Shown: piece by piece, positions 50,138 to 58,966 of the stretch
Numbering within the stretch: the stretch's first letter is position 1
Layout: every line of letters begins with the position of its first letter
NCBI GenBank assembly: GCA_964613095.1
Contig: CAZTFX010000003.1
Coordinates: 13,538-77,537, forward strand
DNA: 64,000 nt
Direction: 5' to 3'
Origin: an uncultured Muribaculaceae bacterium
GTDB lineage: Bacteria; Bacteroidota; Bacteroidia; Bacteroidales; Muribaculaceae
Position numbers and translations under genes: made by a program
Notes under the pieces: generated by a model
The model's database searches: none
Seen by the model: the letters and a program-made list of their open reading frames with translations, nothing else
What the model was told of the DNA's origin: nothing

Positions 50138-52189
50138 CTACTTTTTCATTTTGCGTAATATCTCACGATGTTTATCTGCTAAGTCATCAAACCCCAATTC
50201 TTCATATATTTCTATTAATTTTTCATGGCATTTAATATTTTTCTTATCGGTTTTCAATGCTCGTTTCAACGATTTTAAAGCTGTTTCCAATTGATTTTTC
50301 TCATAACAGATACAACCTATATAATAATTTGCGTCATGATTATTCTTATCAATAGTCAATACTTTGAAAAATAAATCTTCAGCTATATCTTTTTCGTCAT
50401 AATCATAATAAATACGAGCTTTCCCTAATAATGCGTCCACACAATCTTCCCATAAATCCAATGCTTTATTATAATTGGCAATAGCCGATTTTACGCTTAT
50501 TGTATTCATAGTCGAGATGGTTTTTCCACTATATTTGACATCATTTTCTTCCACCGAACTGTACTCCAAGGATTGATGCCCCATTTGCACATACTCATTT
50601 GCTAAATTATGCAATGTATGTGTTTGTATCTCAAGTTTTTTCTTTAAAGCTTCTATAATTTGGTACAATTCATCATTCTGTGTTAATTTTCGACTTATAA
50701 ATCGTTGAATTAAAGGATTTTCTAATATATTTTTATATTTTACGCCTTCGGAAAAACATTCTACGGCTTTTCTATACGCCTTTCTATCAAATGCCTTTAC
50801 TGCTTCAACATAACATTTATCGGCTCGGAAATTTTCCAATGAAGCATCTATCAACGATTGGTTATTAAAATTACGACTGAAATTAACTACAGCCGGATTA
50901 ACTATAATATCTCGTTCACTTAACATTTGACTCAAAGTAATTCCTTCAAGTGAAGTACAACGAGACAATGCCACATACGTCTGTCCACTTGAAAATGCAC
51001 CGCCTGAAAAATCAACAACTATTTTGTTAAACGTAAGTCCTTGACTTTTATGCACCGTCAATGCCCATGCAAGTTTTAAAGGGAACTGTTTAAACGTTCC
51101 AAGCACCACTTCTTTTATACGTTTTTCTTTCTCGTCATAAGTATATTGCATGTTTTCCCACTCTGCGGGTTCTACTGTATAATATTCACCATTTTCAAGT
51201 TCAATGGTAATATCGTCAACTCCACAGCGTGCCACTTTACCGATGGTACCATTTATCCATCTTCCATCTTTATCATTTTTAATAAAAATAACTTGGGTTC
51301 CTACTTTCAATTCCAAATTCTGTGATGTAGGAAGGTTCCGCAAAGGAAATGTACCATTAATTTCCCCTTCATACAAATATTCGTCATTGTTTAGTTCAGC
51401 CAAATGTTGTTCATTAATCACATCCACCGTATCACGACGTGTAGCTAGTGTTATAACAAAATCATCCTTATTTTCCTTAAAATCTTTGACATAACGAGAA
51501 TTAATTAAGGTAATATCATCTTTAGTAACCTTATTTACCCTTATTCTATCAAGAACAGAGATAAAACGGCTATCAGTCTGTCTGTAAATCTTTCTCAATT
51601 CTATTGATACTATATCCATTACTTTAAAAGCATTGGCATTGAAAAAAAAGAATTGATTATATGCCCGTTGCAATAATGGACGCATTTCACCGGTAACAAC
51701 GGGTTCCAATTGAAATACATCACCTACAAGAAGTAATTGTTTACCACCGAAAGGTTCACGCATATTCCCCGAATATATGCGTAACACTTTATCAACAAAA
51801 TCTATCATATCGGCACGAACCATCGATATTTCATCAATTATAATCAATTCCAGTTCCTTAATGATTTTTACTTTGTCCTTAGGATATTTAAGTGTTTTCC
51901 TTATCTTGCTTGGAGAGAAATCCACATCATCAGGCAACAACGGCTTTAATGGCATTTTAAAGAATGAATGCATTGTCATTCCTCCTACATTTACTGCAGC
52001 TATTCCTGTTGGTGCAAGTACGACAAATTTCTTTGCTGTTGTTTCACAGATATAACGTAAAAATGTACTTTTCCCCGTACCAGCCTTACCTGTAAGAAAC
52101 ACAGATTGGCGTGTATTAGTTACCAAATTCCAGGCATTCATAAAATCGGGATTATTGAAATCGGGCGTTATATCTTTGTTTTGTATCAT
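50138..52189 (-). CDS. PIF1/RecD-like superfamily 1 helicase with a C-terminal TPR-like extension
   Basis: Walker A FLTGKAGTGKST, APTGIAAVNVGGMTMHSFF, IIIDEISMV, QLLLVGDVFQLEPV and HKSQGLTF motifs. The last ~230 aa look TPR-like (..KALDLWEDCVDALLGKARIYY..). ATG at 52189 (MIQNKD) is preferred. Confidence 0.8.
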   Translation of the reverse strand: MIQNKDITPDFNNPDFMNAWNLVTNTRQSVFLTGKAGTGKSTFLRYICETTAKKFVVLAPTGIAAVNVGGMTMHSFFKMPLKPLLPDDVDFSPSKIRKTLKYPKDKVKIIKELELIIIDEISMVRADMIDFVDKVLRIYSGNMREPFGGKQLLLVGDVFQLEPVVTGEMRPLLQRAYNQFFFFNANAFKVMDIVSIELRKIYRQTDSRFISVLDRIRVNKVTKDDITLINSRYVKDFKENKDDFVITLATRRDTVDVINEQHLAELNNDEYLYEGEINGTFPLRNLPTSQNLELKVGTQVIFIKNDKDGRWINGTIGKVARCGVDDITIELENGEYYTVEPAEWENMQYTYDEKEKRIKEVVLGTFKQFPLKLAWALTVHKSQGLTFNKIVVDFSGGAFSSGQTYVALSRCTSLEGITLSQMLSERDIIVNPAVVNFSRNFNNQSLIDASLENFRADKCYVEAVKAFDRKAYRKAVECFSEGVKYKNILENPLIQRFISRKLTQNDELYQIIEALKKKLEIQTHTLHNLANEYVQMGHQSLEYSSVEENDVKYSGKTISTMNTISVKSAIANYNKALDLWEDCVDALLGKARIYYDYDEKDIAEDLFFKVLTIDKNNHDANYYIGCICYEKNQLETALKSLKRALKTDKKNIKCHEKLIEIYEELGFDDLADKHREILRKMKK

Positions 52190-52304
52190 TTGCGGATGTA
52201 TTCTCGTTTTAATTTTCAAAAATAACAAAAACTATTGTGGTATAAAAGAAATGAGACGAAGAAAAAATCCTCGTCTCATTATTTGTTATGTCATATCCTT
52301 TTGT

Positions 52305-53957
52305 TTAGAATCTATATCCTATTGACCATACCACTTGATTATTATTATCTTTCAAAGTCGCCTTTGGAGAATCAACGATTTTACCGGTTAATACTTCCGG
52401 AGAAAATGCTCTGTACTCACTTTCACGAGATTTGTGAACATACGCCAAATCGGTATAAAAACTTTTATATCTATATCCCAAACCTCCTGTTATATATTGA
52501 GTGGATTTATCAAATGTATATGCAGGAGTTGTACCGGCTGTATTCACATAAATTTTACCATTATATGCGTTTTCATTTACAGGAGATGAATAATAAGCAT
52601 ATCCTAATCTTAAACTTAATTGAGGTGTCACTCTATATTCAGCACCTACACGATAAATATCCATTGCTTTATAATAATTGTTGATATTTGTTTTAACTAC
52701 TTGATCTTCATAATAAGTATTATAGTCGTAATCGTAATATTCAACTTTCATATCATTATAAGCAACTCTTTCATAATCAAAGCTTATAATTCCTTTTGTT
52801 CCAAGAATAGTTGCAGCACTCACATTAAACCGCCATGGAGTTCTTATTTTATATTCCGTTTCATATGTATATCCGGCATTTGCGTCCTCATAACCTTCAG
52901 TTATCAAACCATTAGAATCTTCCAAGTAATAGTTCATACTTGAAAAAATTTGATCGGTCAAAGACCAATATGTGGGTGTATGAATAGACGCACCTATACG
53001 TAATTCATTGATAGGTTTCACGATTACACCAAATTTGAAATTCCATCCGTTACCGCTTGTATTCAACCAATTCTCCAAGCCATAAGAGGCTGTTCCATTA
53101 TTATCCAAAGCTGTTTCATCTTCATTGGGAACAGTTGCATCAGTTAAACCTTCGCCATAATAAGTATATCTACTTTGATCCAAATTACTTACACCAAGAG
53201 AAAAACCCCAATATAACATATTGGCAAGATTTCCTCCAAAATTCATATTAAATTCATCGATACCTCCCTCTTCTATTACTTCATATTCACTGAATCCTTG
53301 AGTATTTGAGTTCATCAAACCGACAAAATTGGAACCAAATCCATTACTATCATACGTTTGAGGATTAATTATATATGAATTATATGCCATAACACTTAAC
53401 CATTGTGGATAAGGACTATCAATATAAGGATCATACAATATATTACCGTCACCATCCTCTCCAAATGCCAAAGTATTGGTATCATACCCGCTTGAATTTG
53501 ATATTCCGGCTATATAATTAGATAATGAATGATTCAAATCACTTATTTTACCACTATATCGACGATTATATGAAACAGGACGATTATATGAAAATCCAAA
53601 ATTTATAAATGGCATTGTTTCCGAATCCAACTTGAATGCACCCACATAACCAAAGTTATTTAAAGTAAATTTAGTTTGATCTACTTTTGAAGATACACCT
53701 TTTGCAGTAGATTCTACCGACTGCAAATCCAAATTCAATGTTACTCCTATATCGGAACTACGATATACACCTATACCGCCAGGATTATGATTAATTGCAG
53801 ATAAATCTCCTCCTAATGCTCCATAAGCTCCTGCCATTGACATGTATCGCGCTGTTCCTTTTAAATCGGTTTGAGATACTGAAAATGCATCAATTGCTCC
53901 CTGAGCTGATACCAATAAAGGTAATCCCAATAATATAGAACTTAATATCTTTTTCAT
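52305..53957 (-). CDS. FadL/OmpP1/TodX-like outer-membrane beta-barrel protein
   Basis: Signal peptide, then GTARYMSMAGAYGALGGDLSAINHNPGGIG (the N-terminal hatch-like motif shared by FadL/PorV-type barrels). The beta-strand pattern is aromatic-rich and the C-terminus is ..SIGYRF. Confidence 0.6.
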   Translation of the reverse strand: MKKILSSILLGLPLLVSAQGAIDAFSVSQTDLKGTARYMSMAGAYGALGGDLSAINHNPGGIGVYRSSDIGVTLNLDLQSVESTAKGVSSKVDQTKFTLNNFGYVGAFKLDSETMPFINFGFSYNRPVSYNRRYSGKISDLNHSLSNYIAGISNSSGYDTNTLAFGEDGDGNILYDPYIDSPYPQWLSVMAYNSYIINPQTYDSNGFGSNFVGLMNSNTQGFSEYEVIEEGGIDEFNMNFGGNLANMLYWGFSLGVSNLDQSRYTYYGEGLTDATVPNEDETALDNNGTASYGLENWLNTSGNGWNFKFGVIVKPINELRIGASIHTPTYWSLTDQIFSSMNYYLEDSNGLITEGYEDANAGYTYETEYKIRTPWRFNVSAATILGTKGIISFDYERVAYNDMKVEYYDYDYNTYYEDQVVKTNINNYYKAMDIYRVGAEYRVTPQLSLRLGYAYYSSPVNENAYNGKIYVNTAGTTPAYTFDKSTQYITGGLGYRYKSFYTDLAYVHKSRESEYRAFSPEVLTGKIVDSPKATLKDNNNQVVWSIGYRF

Positions 53958-53990
53958 ATTTATCTTTCATTTTTTACATTACACTTAAAA

Positions 53991-54977
53991 TTATCGACGT
54001 CCTCCACGACTTCCGCCGCCACCTCCACGGCTTCCACCACCTGAGTACGAACCACCACTACGGCTACCACCGGAATAAGAGTCTGAATTATAAGAAGAAC
54101 TTCTATTATTGTTATTGTAGCTCCTTGAAACACTTGAACGGCGATTACTACTACTGCTTTTTGACGTTCTGTTCACATCGGGACGACGATTGTTATTTAC
54201 ATTTGCACCTTTATTACTTCTCACCGTTTCTATTGCAGGACGGCGTCCTATTCCCGATGAATTACCTACAGTTCCTTGTCCAAACACTCTCCTGCCCCTG
54301 TTTACACGTCCAGGAACCTTATTGTTCCCATTTCCATGTACAGGTCCGGAAAAATTTGGTCCACCATGATGATGTCCGGGTCCCCACCAATTGTGATGAT
54401 GATGGTGATGATGCCAAGTCCATCCAAAAGACCACCCCCAATCATAATACCACGGAGAATACCATGCAGAATGGAACACACGCCATCTATTATAAGGAGA
54501 CCACCCCCATGTCCAATCATAATATCCCCAATTCCAATCCCAATAAGGATTCCAATAAGAAGGTGTACCTATAATCAAATTTACGGTAGGTGTTGTATTA
54601 TAGTATAATTCTGTTATTTCCGGGTCATTTGCTTCTACTATAACCGATGGATTATGAAATCTACGAATTCGATCCGTATATGCAAAATCTTCATACTCAT
54701 CCATAGTTGTAGAATCAACACCTAACGTGTCACGTGTGATATTTCTACGATTATATTCATCTACATCACGATTGTTATTGAACCCGATAAAAGTATCGTT
54801 ATAATCTATCGAATTATTATCAACCTGTGACGCTTCTGTTTTTTTAGCATTGGTTTTCTTGGTTTCTTTTTTCTTTGAGTTTGAACTATTATAATATATG
54901 TCATCATAGCCTTGAGCCGTTATTACAAGACTCACTGTTAATAGTAAACTCATTAATATTGACAACTTTATTTTCAT
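53991..54977 (-). CDS. secreted low-complexity protein: Trp/Tyr-rich core, His7 run, Arg/Ser/Gly-rich tail
   Basis: Signal peptide MKIKLSILMSLLLTVSLVITAQG. Core: SYWNPYWDWNWGYYDWTWGWSPYNRWRVFHSAWYSPWYYDWGWSFGWTW (nt 54414-54560). HHHHHHH at nt 54393-54413. C-terminus: ..SRSGGSYSGGGSRGGGGGSRGGRR. It sits 33 bp upstream of the FadL-like gene. Confidence 0.6.
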   Translation of the reverse strand: MKIKLSILMSLLLTVSLVITAQGYDDIYYNSSNSKKKETKKTNAKKTEASQVDNNSIDYNDTFIGFNNNRDVDEYNRRNITRDTLGVDSTTMDEYEDFAYTDRIRRFHNPSVIVEANDPEITELYYNTTPTVNLIIGTPSYWNPYWDWNWGYYDWTWGWSPYNRWRVFHSAWYSPWYYDWGWSFGWTWHHHHHHHNWWGPGHHHGGPNFSGPVHGNGNNKVPGRVNRGRRVFGQGTVGNSSGIGRRPAIETVRSNKGANVNNNRRPDVNRTSKSSSSNRRSSVSRSYNNNNRSSSYNSDSYSGGSRSGGSYSGGGSRGGGGGSRGGRR

Positions 54978-55133
54978 AGTCATTTCTCCTTTCTTTTTTC
55001 ATTTTAGACTTTTCTATTGTAGGAAAGTTTAATTTTATTTTATGTAAAAGTAGCTCAAAAAGTTCAATGACCGATATTGTAAACATCCAATATGTTGTTA
55101 TTTATGTAACATTAACAAAATAACAACGCATTA

Positions 55134-55847
55134 TTACATCTTTAAATAATAATCTCGCGTTAAAGCTATATATTCTTCGGTATAAACGTGTCTGCTTTTT
55201 TCTATTGCAAAAGAATCTTCTGCATATTTATCATCTATTCCGGAAATTTGCCATAAAATTCTTTTCACCTCTCCACCTTGTACCGAACTTACATAAACTT
55301 TCTTATTTACATATAAACTCGTATCTCTTATAATGGTATTTAAAACAGCTTCAACTTCTATCGGAGTAATCAAAAAAATATTTCCTTTTTCGGACAATAA
55401 ACCGGCAGCTCCTTTTATCAATTGTGTATAAGTAAGTATACTCGTGTGTCTTGCCTGCAATCTCTTCTCATCAGGACACTCAAGACTATTTACAAAATAA
55501 GGCGGATTTGACACAATTGTATCAAATCTCTCCTCACAATCACTCACGAATTTATTAAAATCCGTTTCAATCACCTTTAATCGGTCATTCCATACTGACG
55601 ATGAAAAATTATATTCAGCTTCGCTTGCCGCATCATGATCTATTTCAACAGCCGTTATTTCGGCATTACTTCTTTGTGCAACCATCAATGCTATAAGCCC
55701 TGTACCGGTTCCTATATCCAGTATTTTTTTTGAACCTGTCACATCACTCCATGCACCAAGTAAAACACCATCGGTTCCCACTTTCATTGCACTTTTATCA
55801 TTTAATACACTGAACTGTTTAAATCTAAATATTTTTTCTCTTGCCAT
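55134..55847 (-). CDS. tRNA (adenine-N6)-methyltransferase, TrmN6/YfiC-like
   Basis: FRFKQF..V.......KVGTDGVLLGAW N-terminus, SAM motif ILDIGTGTGLIALM and catalytic VSNPPYF. Confidence 0.8.
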   Translation of the reverse strand: MAREKIFRFKQFSVLNDKSAMKVGTDGVLLGAWSDVTGSKKILDIGTGTGLIALMVAQRSNAEITAVEIDHDAASEAEYNFSSSVWNDRLKVIETDFNKFVSDCEERFDTIVSNPPYFVNSLECPDEKRLQARHTSILTYTQLIKGAAGLLSEKGNIFLITPIEVEAVLNTIIRDTSLYVNKKVYVSSVQGGEVKRILWQISGIDDKYAEDSFAIEKSRHVYTEEYIALTRDYYLKM

Positions 55848-55977
55848 TTTATACCTTATATATATTATGAAACGAATCGATTATTTCCTTTATTGTAAGT
55901 GATATTTTCTTTAAAGTAGTTTCAAAAAGAAGTTCCCTTAAGACATTCCTTTATTTGCAATGAAACGCTAAATTTTC

Positions 55978-55985
55978 TATTTTTG
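55978..55985 (+). promoter_or_regulatory. candidate -7 promoter box (TAnnTTTG) for marC
   Basis: TATTTTTG lies 17 nt upstream of ATG 56003. Confidence 0.35.
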
Positions 55986-56002
55986 CAAAAAATATAGAAG
56001 CT

Positions 56003-56584
56003 ATGTTTAATGAATTTAATTTACAAGAATTTTTAAGTGCATTTATTGTGCTTTTTGCAATTATCGACATCATCGGTTCTGTTCCAATCATCATTAATTT
56101 GAAACAACGCGATCGTCCTGTCAACTCGCTTAAAGCCACCCTCATTTCATTCACCCTGATGTTGACTTTCTTCCTAGCCGGAGATTTACTGCTTAAACTG
56201 TTCAACGTAAGTATAGCTGCATTTGCTGCCGCAGGAGGTTTGATTATCTTCTTCGTTGCCCTTGAAATGATTCTTGATATTGAAATATTTAAAAACAATG
56301 GTCCTATCAAGGAAGCTACGCTTGTTCCACTGGTTTTTCCTCTTGTTGCAGGTCCCGGAGCTTTCACAACCCTGCTTTCATTAAAAGCCGAATTCTCATC
56401 AATAAATATCTTATTGGGACTTACTGCCAATATGTTGTGGGTGTATATAGTATTGAGATTGACCGACAGAGTTCAAAAACTACTTGGAGCCGGAGGTATT
56501 GTAATTGTAAGAAAATTCTTTGGTGTTATTCTTTTGGCAATATCGGTCAAACTGATAACCACCAATTTCTCTCAATTAATTTGA
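56003..56584 (+). CDS. marC: MarC family (UPF0056) integral membrane protein
   Basis: 193 aa with 6 TM segments; FAIIDIIGSVPII N-terminus and PLVAGPGA motif. Confidence 0.8.
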   Translation: MFNEFNLQEFLSAFIVLFAIIDIIGSVPIIINLKQRDRPVNSLKATLISFTLMLTFFLAGDLLLKLFNVSIAAFAAAGGLIIFFVALEMILDIEIFKNNGPIKEATLVPLVFPLVAGPGAFTTLLSLKAEFSSINILLGLTANMLWVYIVLRLTDRVQKLLGAGGIVIVRKFFGVILLAISVKLITTNFSQLI

Positions 56585-56593
56585 TAAATAATT

Positions 56594-56635
56594 AACAATA
56601 AGGTAACATTCGCCGTGTAATGTTACCTTATTGTT
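56594..56635. terminator. 17-bp perfect hairpin between convergent genes
   Basis: aacaataaggtaacatt (56594-56610) / aatgttaccttattgtt (56619-56635), loop cgccgtgt. Confidence 0.7.
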
Positions 56636-56643
56636 ATCATATA

Positions 56644-57396
56644 TTACTTCATTACGTCAAATCCTTGCGACTTGATATAATCAAGCATTTGATATTTCAT
56701 TGCTTCCTTATAGTAGTCAACGATATGAGCACACCAGTCATTATCGGTTTTGGTTCCGCTACGAGTTGCATTATAAGATTGTACATGTTCATCATAATCC
56801 GATAACCTGTCAAGCATACCATCTACAGTATATTTGTTTTGATGAATCATCACTTCAACCGGTTCTTTGGGTTTTACATCAGGTTGCTCACGAGGTACAC
56901 CGATAGCCAATCCGCACACCACAAAAACCCCTTTCGGTAGCTCCAATATTTCAGCCAATTTCTTGGGATCGGCTGTACGAGCATAGCCTATACAACAGCT
57001 TCCCAGTCCACAAGCCCGTGCCGCAGTATATGCACTGCTCATAGCAAGTGCGGCATCTATAACACCCACAAACACACCATCTACCGTGTGAGTAAAATCG
57101 GGCATTTCCACACCTTTCTTTTCTGCCAACATATTAATCTTATTATAATCGGCACAAAATACCATAAACCGATTACATGTTTTAACCTGCTTCTGCCCTA
57201 TTATTTCATATAGTTTTTCTTTCATTTCCTGATCGGAAATATCTATTACCGAAAACTGTTGCCCGTTATAACTTGTCGGCGTATTCATTATTGCCGAATA
57301 AATGACAGACAATGCTTCATCCGAAATGGGTTCACGTTCATAACGACGCACACTGGTTCTTGTCTCAAAAAATTCTTTTATCTTATCCATATTCAT
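56644..57396 (-). CDS. nitroreductase family NADPH-dependent oxidoreductase (NfsA-like)
   Basis: 250 aa with RTSVRRYE...PTSYNGQQFSVI...AAR.CGLGSC.IG, typical of NfsA/FRP-type nitroreductases. Confidence 0.75.
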   Translation of the reverse strand: MNMDKIKEFFETRTSVRRYEREPISDEALSVIYSAIMNTPTSYNGQQFSVIDISDQEMKEKLYEIIGQKQVKTCNRFMVFCADYNKINMLAEKKGVEMPDFTHTVDGVFVGVIDAALAMSSAYTAARACGLGSCCIGYARTADPKKLAEILELPKGVFVVCGLAIGVPREQPDVKPKEPVEVMIHQNKYTVDGMLDRLSDYDEHVQSYNATRSGTKTDNDWCAHIVDYYKEAMKYQMLDYIKSQGFDVMK

Positions 57397-57638
57397 TTAT
57401 CTTTATATCTGTTTAAACGTTATTCTATCTGTTATGGTTCTTGATTCTTGAAAACACAAAACAACTTCTTAGCAAAGATATTATCTTTTTGCATATTTCA
57501 CAATAGGTATTTTCATGAAAAATAATCTAAAAAAACATCATAAAATAGTTGCATATTAAGTAAAAAAGCAGTAACTTTATACTTGTAAATCAGAGGGTTG
57601 AACAAGTCATTTACTGACAGAAAAAAATTATTTTAATA

Positions 57639-57849
57639 AAAAAAGCTCACAAAAGAACGTCAATTTGCTAAATAATTCTTAAATTTGCAATGTTGCCTAT
57701 AGCAACACGACATATTAGGAAGCGTTTAGCATTATTCCCGGTAGTGAATCTGGACAATTCATTTGCAATAGGAATAAGTGAAGCGTTCTCCTTTGGTATT
57801 CGTATATATGTGTTTCATTACATATACAGCCAAGGGTGTGAGCTTTTTT
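57639..57849 (+). promoter_or_regulatory. IR-bracketed promoter segment / terminated leader upstream of the accessory operon
   Basis: AAAAAAGCTCACA (57639-57651) is the exact reverse complement of TGTGAGCTTTTTT (57837-57849). TAAATTTG (57680-57687) is a perfect TAnnTTTG box facing the operon. A long imperfect hairpin at 57783-57843 includes CCTTTGG 57790-57796 / CCAAGGG 57830-57836 and ends in T6. Confidence 0.4.
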
Positions 57850-58000
57850 ATTTTATCTATTGCAAGGGCAGTCCAGAGCCTACTATCAAGATAAACTAAA
57901 GAGGTTCACACTTTCTTTTATGCCCATACATAAATCAAATTATTTGAAAACACGCACAAACTTGAACCTCACAGCGCATAAAAAGTGATAAAAAGTAAAT

Positions 58001-58618
58001 ATGACTATTAAGGTACGAGATAAATTTTTAGCACAAGTACAAGATAAAGCTGACTTTATTGAATTTATATTAGATCAATACCCAAGTATATATAATGAAT
58101 GGGCTGCTAAACAAGATAAAGAATATAGAAAAGAAGCTGAATTACGTTCTGATGGTGATTGGGAGATTGAAGAATCTATTTATAAAAATTTATCCGAAAT
58201 ATTTGACAAAAATAGTAATTGTAAAGATCTATTTTATCAATCAATGTTTTTAATGGCTTTTGCTTATTATGATGGGGTGATTGAGTTTTTTAGAAAAGAG
58301 GTTTCTCGGAAGAATATAATAAATTCAATATGTAAAAAATATAACATGCCTTTAACTAAAGAAGCTGTAGAATCATTAAATTTTATAGAATATAAAGCAA
58401 AACATATAAGACACAATATTTGCCATAATAATATGGGAACTACAAGAAATGAAAACAAAGTGAAAGATATTTGTAAAAAATATAATGGTTTACAATACGA
58501 AAATGATATTATCGCCTTTGAATCATCTGATTTTATAAAGTTGTTTTTGCAGAAAGTACGAATTCTTTTGACTGAATTGTGCGAAATAACAGGTCATAAA
58601 GTATATTGTGTTAAATAA
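58001..58618 (+). CDS. hypothetical protein with a HEPN-like Rx4H motif
   Basis: 205 aa, no signal peptide, helix-favouring composition. ..KAKHIR137HNICH142NNMG.. (nt 58409-58426) fits the HEPN Rx4-6H motif, with a polar residue after R. Confidence 0.45.
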   Translation: MTIKVRDKFLAQVQDKADFIEFILDQYPSIYNEWAAKQDKEYRKEAELRSDGDWEIEESIYKNLSEIFDKNSNCKDLFYQSMFLMAFAYYDGVIEFFRKEVSRKNIINSICKKYNMPLTKEAVESLNFIEYKAKHIRHNICHNNMGTTRNENKVKDICKKYNGLQYENDIIAFESSDFIKLFLQKVRILLTELCEITGHKVYCVK

Positions 58619-58643
58619 ACATATTAATAAAAATACATTGATT

Positions 58644-58952
58644 ATGGAAAAGAGAATGATTTATGAGCATCTTGTATGCAAGGCATGCGGATGTGAAAGA
58701 TTGGGTGTGTATTATGCAAATGCAAATTTGTATGATAGTGCAAATACATTGGAAAAGCAAAAGGAATTGTTGACCTATATTAAAGAGTCATTGGCTAATT
58801 TGTTAGTTGGTGGTAAAGTGAAACCGGAACAAAAAGATGTAGTGCAAAATGCACTACATAAATTAGACAAGATTGAATATATAGAAAGTGATAAAAAGGG
58901 AAGTTTCTTAATCGATGATGTGCTTGAAGAAATTGAAATATGTACATATTAA
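58644..58952 (+). CDS. hypothetical small protein
   Basis: 102 aa from ATG 58644 (the track starts at GTG 58608). N-terminal HLVCKACGCE Cys/His cluster and an acidic C-terminus. It lies 25 nt after the previous stop and 14 nt before the LRR gene start. Confidence 0.4.
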   Translation: MEKRMIYEHLVCKACGCERLGVYYANANLYDSANTLEKQKELLTYIKESLANLLVGGKVKPEQKDVVQNALHKLDKIEYIESDKKGSFLIDDVLEEIEICTY

Positions 58953-58966
58953 ATATTTGTAAAATT

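Noticed and set aside
52235-52943. Plus-strand ORFs of 149 aa and 107 aa
   Set aside because: They are antisense to the FadL-like barrel gene. They are Y/I/L-rich low-complexity translations typical of the reverse strand of an AT-rich gene.
54125-54608. Plus- and minus-strand ORFs overlapping the Trp/His-rich gene (149, 110 and 72 aa)
   Set aside because: They are artefacts of the low-complexity repeats, which leave several frames open. Only the minus-strand 328-aa frame has a signal peptide and an operon context.
55951-56430. 159-aa minus-strand ORF
   Set aside because: It lies entirely antisense to the well-supported MarC membrane-protein gene. Its composition is A/S/I-rich mirror sequence with no start context.
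57700-57770. Faint resemblance to a cobalamin riboswitch core (..AGGAAGC..CCCGGTAGTGAATCTGG..)
   Set aside because: There is no B12 box (GCCACTG-like) and no matching pairing partners, and the downstream genes are unrelated to cobalamin. The similarity is too weak to call without a covariance-model search.
57690-57899. 69-aa plus-strand ORF in the large intergenic gap
   Set aside because: Its ATG lies 2-3 nt after the -7 promoter box, at or before the expected TSS. The peptide has no features, and the ORF runs straight through the terminator-like hairpin and T-run. The region is better explained as regulatory or RNA.
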